DNA from: Myxococcota bacterium
GTDB lineage: Bacteria > Myxococcota_A > UBA9160 > UBA6930
NCBI GenBank assembly: GCA_020027245.1
Contig: JAHRAN010000066.1
Span: 6,994 to 30,993, forward strand
Reading direction: 5' to 3'
Length of the DNA stretch: 24,000 nt
In this document: one piece after another, positions 19,709 to 24,000 of the stretch
Layout: every line of letters starts with the position of its first letter
Numbering within the stretch: position 1 is the first letter of the stretch
Program-made: the position numbers and the translations under genes
The notes under the pieces: generated by a model
Seen by the model: only the letters and a program-made list of their open reading frames with translations
What the model was told of the DNA's origin: nothing
The model's database searches: none

Positions 19709-21004
19709 ATGAGCTCTCGAACTTTCACCCTCGCCAGCGGCTCTCCCCGTCGGCGCGCCCTGCTCGCTGCGGCCGGCTTGCGCTTTCACTGCAAGCCCGC
19801 GCAACTCGACGAAAGCGCGCAGCCGGGAGAGCAACCGGACGCGCTGGTAACCCGGCTCGCCCTCGCCAAAGCGAAGCGGGTGGCGCGCGAAAAGCTTGAT
19901 CATGGCCTGCTGCTTGGCGCGGACACCATCGTCGTGTTGAACGGCAAAATCCTCGGCAAACCACGCGACGCCGCGCACGCGCTCGCCATGTTGACGCGGC
20001 TCTCGGGCTGCACGCACGAAGTACGGACCGGCGTTGCGCTGCTCGACGCAGCGAGCGGACGCGCCGAGACGGTTTGCGTCACAAGCCGTGTGACATTCCG
20101 CCGGGCTTCCGAGAATGTGTTGCGCGCCTACATCGCAACGGGTGAGCCCTTCGACAAAGCGGGCGCGTATGCGCTGCAGGGCGAGGGTGCGCGCTTCATC
20201 GAGCGCGTCAAGGGCAGCCACAGCAACGTGATCGGGCTGCCGATGGACGAAACCCTGGCGCTGCTCGCGCGCGCGGGCGTGGTTCAGCCCGCCACGCAGC
20301 GGGACATCGGCGCGCGGCTGGGTGAAGTGCGAGAGCGCATCGCCGCCGCCGCCGGGCGTGCAGGGCGCAGTGCGGAGGACATCACGCTGCTGGGCGTCGG
20401 CAAACAGCAACCGGCCGAGGCCGTGGCGGCCGCAGTGCGGGCCGGGGTCACCTGCGTGGGCGAGAACTACGCGCAGGAGTTGCGCGACAAAGCGCCGGCC
20501 GTCAGCGAGTTGCTCGCAGGCACGGGCCTTGAAGCGCCGCGCTGGCACTTCATCGGCCAGTTGCAGCGCAACAAGGCGCGGCTGGTGGCGCCGATTGCAA
20601 ACTGCGTCGAGAGCGTTGACCGCGAGAGCCTGGCGCGCGAACTCGACACCCGCGCGCGCGCCGCCGGGCGAAAGCTCGATGTGCTGCTTCAGGTGAAACT
20701 CGACGACGAAGCACAACGGAAAGGCGGCGCGACGCCGGACGAGTTGCCCGCGCTCTGCGACAGCATCCACCGCCTCGACCATCTGAACCTGCGCGGGTTG
20801 ATGACGGTGCCGCCCGCCGACGGCGGCGGCGAGTCAACGCGCCGTGCATTTGCGCGGCTGCGCGAGTTGCGCGATGAACTCGGCGGGTCAAAAGAGCTGC
20901 CCGAACTCTCGATGGGTATGTCTTCGGACTTCGAGGTGGCAATCGAGGAAGGAGCCAGCATCATCCGCATCGGCACCGCAATCTTCGGGCCACGGAGAAA
21001 GTAA
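19709..21004 (+). CDS. fusion protein: Maf/YhdE-type nucleotide pyrophosphatase + YggS/PROSC-type PLP homeostasis protein
   Basis: 431 aa. N-terminal half: LASGSPRRRALLAAAG, GADTIVVLNGKILGKP, GEPFDKAGAYALQG, SNVIGLP. C-terminal half: LLGVGKQQPAEAV, FGENY-like VGENYAQEL, WHFIGQLQRNKA, LSMGMSSDFEVAIEEGASIIRIGTAIFG. Confidence 0.93.
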   Translation: MSSRTFTLASGSPRRRALLAAAGLRFHCKPAQLDESAQPGEQPDALVTRLALAKAKRVAREKLDHGLLLGADTIVVLNGKILGKPRDAAHALAMLTRLSGCTHEVRTGVALLDAASGRAETVCVTSRVTFRRASENVLRAYIATGEPFDKAGAYALQGEGARFIERVKGSHSNVIGLPMDETLALLARAGVVQPATQRDIGARLGEVRERIAAAAGRAGRSAEDITLLGVGKQQPAEAVAAAVRAGVTCVGENYAQELRDKAPAVSELLAGTGLEAPRWHFIGQLQRNKARLVAPIANCVESVDRESLARELDTRARAAGRKLDVLLQVKLDDEAQRKGGATPDELPALCDSIHRLDHLNLRGLMTVPPADGGGESTRRAFARLRELRDELGGSKELPELSMGMSSDFEVAIEEGASIIRIGTAIFGPRRK

Positions 21005-21837
21005 TGGCTGCGGCATTGGCCAGAACCCGGATTGGCATCATCGGCGCGGGCGCGATGGGCGGCGCGCTGATCGGCGGAATGCTGGCCAAGGGCGTTCCGA
21101 AGAAACACCTGCGCGCCTCGGACCCGGATGCGGAGCGCCGCCGCCGGCTCGAAGCGCAGTTCGGCGTCGCCGTTCACGAGGGCAACGCCGCGCTGGTGAA
21201 CGCGAGCGACCTGGTCATCCTCGCCGTGAAGCCGAACCGTGTTGACCTGGTGCTCAGCGAACTTGCCACTGGCTGCGAAAAACTCGGCGCGCCGCTCTGG
21301 GTGTCCATCGCCGCCGGCGTGAGCCTCGCCCAACTGGCCGAGGGGCTGCCCGCGGGCGCGCGCATCGTGCGGGCGATGCCGAACACGCCAGCGCTGGTGG
21401 GCGCTGGCGCCGCGGCCTTCGTCGCCAACCCGGCCTGCGCGACAGTGGACCGCGAGCGCTGCCGCGCGCTCTTCGAGTGCGTCGGCGTCGTCTGGGAGGC
21501 GCCCGACGAAGCCCTGCTCGACGCGGTCACCGGCCTCTCCGGCAGCGGCCCCGCTTACCTGTTCCTGTTGCTCGAAGCGCTGATCGAAGCGGGCGAGGCG
21601 CAGGGCATCCCGGCAGACGCCAGCAAACTACTCGCCACGCAGACCGTCTTCGGCGCCGCCAAACTCGCCAGCGAGAGCGACCAGAGCGCCGCCGCGTTGC
21701 GCAAACAGGTGAGCTCCCCCGGCGGCACCACCCTGGCCGGCCTCGAACGCCTGACCACCGCCGGCTTCCGCGAAGCGCTGGCGGCCGCGGTCACCGCCGC
21801 CACAAAGCGCAGCCGCGAGTTGGGAAAGCGCTCGTGA
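21004..21837 (+). CDS. proC: pyrroline-5-carboxylate reductase
   Basis: 277 aa; IGIIGAGAMGGALIGGML, VILAVKPNRV, VRAMPNTPALVGAGA, LSGSGPAYLFLLLEALIEAGEAQG, SPGGTTLAGLERL; start overlaps upstream stop (TAATG). Confidence 0.96.
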   Translation: MAAALARTRIGIIGAGAMGGALIGGMLAKGVPKKHLRASDPDAERRRRLEAQFGVAVHEGNAALVNASDLVILAVKPNRVDLVLSELATGCEKLGAPLWVSIAAGVSLAQLAEGLPAGARIVRAMPNTPALVGAGAAAFVANPACATVDRERCRALFECVGVVWEAPDEALLDAVTGLSGSGPAYLFLLLEALIEAGEAQGIPADASKLLATQTVFGAAKLASESDQSAAALRKQVSSPGGTTLAGLERLTTAGFREALAAAVTAATKRSRELGKRS

Positions 21838-21852
21838 ATCGCTTTTGCGAAA

Positions 21853-22155
21853 TTAATACCGATCCACCGGGACCAGACACTGGTATTCGATGGTCACCGT
21901 TTTCACGCCGTCCTCTTCTTTGATCACCTTGCCGCCAAAGGCCTCGGCGCCGGCATAGCCCCAGCCGCGACAGCGAACGCTTGCGCGTGCGTCCATGGCG
22001 GCTTCGTCAACTCTGGGGAATTGAAAAGTCCGGTACTGATACGACATCGTGATGGTTCCATCGGAGCGGCTTCCACCGGTGGCCTGCGGCTTCACTCGGA
22101 CTGCACAGCCGACGAGCACCAATGCGAAAGCCAATAAAGCAACGACTCTGAACAC
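21853..22155 (-). CDS. small lipoprotein, possibly YecR-like
   Basis: From GTG 22155 (GGGAGAAAGG upstream): VFRVVALLAFALVLVGCAVRVKPQ... with lipobox LVGC; followed by DGVKTVTIEYQCLVPVDRY. Family assignment is tentative. Confidence 0.65.
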   Translation of the reverse strand: MFRVVALLAFALVLVGCAVRVKPQATGGSRSDGTITMSYQYRTFQFPRVDEAAMDARASVRCRGWGYAGAEAFGGKVIKEEDGVKTVTIEYQCLVPVDRY

Positions 22156-22186
22156 TTGTAACCTTTCTCCCTCTCTCCGCCGGTGC

Positions 22187-22263
22187 TGGCGACCCCGGTA
22201 GGATTCGAACCTACGACCTCCTGCTCCGGAGGCAGGCGCTCTATCCATCTGAGCTACGGGGTC
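22187..22263 (-). tRNA. tRNA-Arg(CCG)
   Basis: Reverse complement GACCCCG TAGCTCAGATGGATAGAGC ... CCTGC-CTCCGGA-GCAGG ... TAGGTTCGAATCCTA CGGGGTC G CCA; anticodon CCG. Confidence 0.95.
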
Positions 22264-22269
22264 CAAGAG

Positions 22270-22345
22270 TGGTGGGGCGTACTGGACTTGAACCAGTGGC
22301 CTCCGCGGTGTGAACACGGCGCTCTGCCAACTGAGCTAACGCCCC
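22270..22345 (-). tRNA. tRNA-Val(CAC)
   Basis: Reverse complement GGGGCGT TAGCTCAGTTGGCAGAGC G CCGTG-TTCACAC-CGCGG AGGCC ACTGGTTCAAGTCCAGT ACGCCCC ACCA; anticodon CAC. Confidence 0.95.
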
Positions 22346-22395
22346 CGTGTGCGGCTTAAAGTCTAGGAAATGCAGCCCCGTTGCGCAGCGTCCCT

Positions 22396-24000
22396 TCAGC
22401 GCGCGCTGGCGCGGTCGAGCGCGGCGCCGATGAAGGCCGTGAAGAGGGGGTGCGGGCGGAAGGGGGTGGAGTTGAACTCCGGGTGAAACTGCGTGGCCAG
22501 AAACCAGGGGTGGTCTTCGAGTTCGATGATCTCGACCAGCCGCCCGTCCGGTGAGATGCCCGAGAGCATCAGCCCCGCCGCCTCGAGTTCACTGCAGTAC
22601 GCGGGGTTGAACTCGAGGCGGTGGCGGTGGCGCTCGCTGATTTCCCGGCAGCCGTAGATCGCGTGCGCGCGGCTGCCTTCGCGCAGCACACAGGGCCAGG
22701 CGCCAAGCCGCATCGAAGCGCCCTTCTCCTCGACCTGTTCCTGCTCGGGCAGAAGGGCGATCACCGGGCGCGCGCAGTCCGGGTCCACCTCGGTGGAGCT
22801 CGCGTTCTCGAGCCCGGCGACATTGCGCGCGAACTCGACCACGGCCATCTGCATGCCGTAGCAGATGCCAAAGTAGGGGATGCTCTGATCGCGGGCGAAG
22901 CGCACCGCGCCGATCTTTCCCTCTGCGCCACGCCCGCCAAAACCGTGGGGCACCAGAATGCCGTCCATGTCCGCAAGCTCCGTCGGGTCATCGAGCTTCT
23001 CGCTGTCGAGATACTCGATCTCGACCCGGGCCTGGTGCGCGATGCCGCCGTGGTGCAGCGCCTCGTTCAAACTCTTGTAGCTGTCCGAGAGATCCACATA
23101 CTTGCCGACCATGGCGATGCGCGCGACGCCCTGCGGGTTGCGCACCGCCTGCATCACCCGCTGCCAGGGTTCGAGCCGCGGCTCGCCGGTCCAGATGCCG
23201 AGCACGCGGGTGATCTTCTCGTCGAGACCCTCGTCGTGGAACAGCAGCGGCAGTTCGTAGATGTGCTCCACATCGCGCGCGGCGATCACCGCCCTGGCGT
23301 CCACGTTGCAAAACAGCGCGATCTTCTCCTTCAGCGCCTGCGGGATGTCGCGGTCCGTCCGGCACAGCAGCACATTCGGCGCGATGCCCACCGACTGAAG
23401 CTCCTTCACCGAGTGCTGCAGCGGCTTGGTCTTCAACTCGCCCGCGCTGGCGATGAAAGGCAGCAGCGCCAGATGCACATAGCAGACATTCTCGCGCCCG
23501 ATGTCGCTGCTGAACTGCCGCACCGCCTCCAGAAAGGGCAGAGATTCAATGTCACCGACGGTGCCGCCGACCTCGCAGATCAAAAGATCGGCGCCCTCGG
23601 CGGCGCGGTGGATGCGCGCCTTGATCTCGTTGGTGATGTGCGGGATCACCTGAATCGTTTCGCCCAGGTAATCGCCGCGCCGCTCCTTGCCGATCACCTC
23701 GTGGTACACGCTGCCAGCGGTCACATTGTTGACCTGCCCCATCCGGGTGTGCGTGTAGCGCTCGTAGTGACCGAGGTCGAGATCGGTCTCGGCGCCGTCG
23801 TCGGTCACATAGACCTCGCCGTGCTGCACCGGGTTCATGGTTCCCGGATCCACATTCAGGTAGGGGTCGAGTTTCAGGAAGGTGACGCAGAGGCCCCGCG
23901 ATTCGAGCAGCGCGCCGATGGATGCGGAGGAGAGCCCCTTGCCGAGGCCCGACAGCACCCCGCCGGTGACGAAGATGAATTTGCCGGGGCGCGCGCTCAT
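22396..24000 (-). CDS. pyrG: CTP synthase
   Basis: 534 aa; [62 protein letters not shown], amidotransferase GICYGMQ and FHPEF; starts with ATG at 24000. Confidence 0.97.
   Translation of the reverse strand: MSARPGKFIFVTGGVLSGLGKGLSSASIGALLESRGLCVTFLKLDPYLNVDPGTMNPVQHGEVYVTDDGAETDLDLGHYERYTHTRMGQVNNVTAGSVYHEVIGKERRGDYLGETIQVIPHITNEIKARIHRAAEGADLLICEVGGTVGDIESLPFLEAVRQFSSDIGRENVCYVHLALLPFIASAGELKTKPLQHSVKELQSVGIAPNVLLCRTDRDIPQALKEKIALFCNVDARAVIAARDVEHIYELPLLFHDEGLDEKITRVLGIWTGEPRLEPWQRVMQAVRNPQGVARIAMVGKYVDLSDSYKSLNEALHHGGIAHQARVEIEYLDSEKLDDPTELADMDGILVPHGFGGRGAEGKIGAVRFARDQSIPYFGICYGMQMAVVEFARNVAGLENASSTEVDPDCARPVIALLPEQEQVEEKGASMRLGAWPCVLREGSRAHAIYGCREISERHRHRLEFNPAYCSELEAAGLMLSGISPDGRLVEIIELEDHPWFLATQFHPEFNSTPFRPHPLFTAFIGAALDRASAR

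Noticed and set aside
21838-21852. TCGC-TTTT-GCGA stem between convergent proC and the lipoprotein as a bidirectional terminator
   Set aside because: Only 4 bp of stem with a 4-nt loop; too weak to support as a terminator.
22156-22317. N-terminal extension MFTPRRPLVQVQYAPPLLDPVAQMDRAPASGAGGRRFESYRGR on the small lipoprotein ORF
   Set aside because: This is a translation through tRNA-Val and tRNA-Arg, a familiar artefact (VAQMDRAPASG...GRRFESYRGR). The real start is GTG 22155.
22396-24000. GICYGMQ variant in the CTP synthase amidotransferase nucleophile elbow
   Set aside because: Catalytic Cys and context are preserved, and substitution at this position is known variation among family members; not worth a separate finding.

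Overview
This is a GC-rich, mostly housekeeping chromosomal window that looks proteobacterial, probably gammaproteobacterial. I read it in this order. Plus strand: 3' end of gap, pgk, tpiA, secG and tRNA-Leu(GAG). Minus strand (genes listed by increasing coordinate): a FrnE/DsbA-like oxidoreductase, a flavin reductase domain protein, an outer-membrane beta-barrel, an OmpA-family lipoprotein, lon and dnaK. Plus strand: an ArsR-methyltransferase fusion, metH, a HAD-like hydrolase, a metallo-beta-lactamase-fold hydrolase, rubrerythrin, a GlpC-like Fe-S protein, a DUF3501-like protein with a C-terminal extension, a Maf-YggS fusion and proC. Minus strand: pyrG, tRNA-Val(CAC), tRNA-Arg(CCG) and a small lipoprotein. 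I see no CRISPR, transposon, phage or defence locus. The observations most worth following up are: (1) one continuous ORF that fuses a Maf-type nucleotide pyrophosphatase to a YggS/PROSC-type PLP homeostasis protein, coupled to proC; (2) a family of ~39-bp direct repeats in both intergenic spacers flanking an atypical HAD gene; (3) a ~110-residue C-terminal extension on the DUF3501-like protein in a rubrerythrin / Fe-S oxidoreductase cluster; (4) a plausible sigma-32-type promoter before dnaK. All family assignments come from reading motifs by eye; no searches were run.
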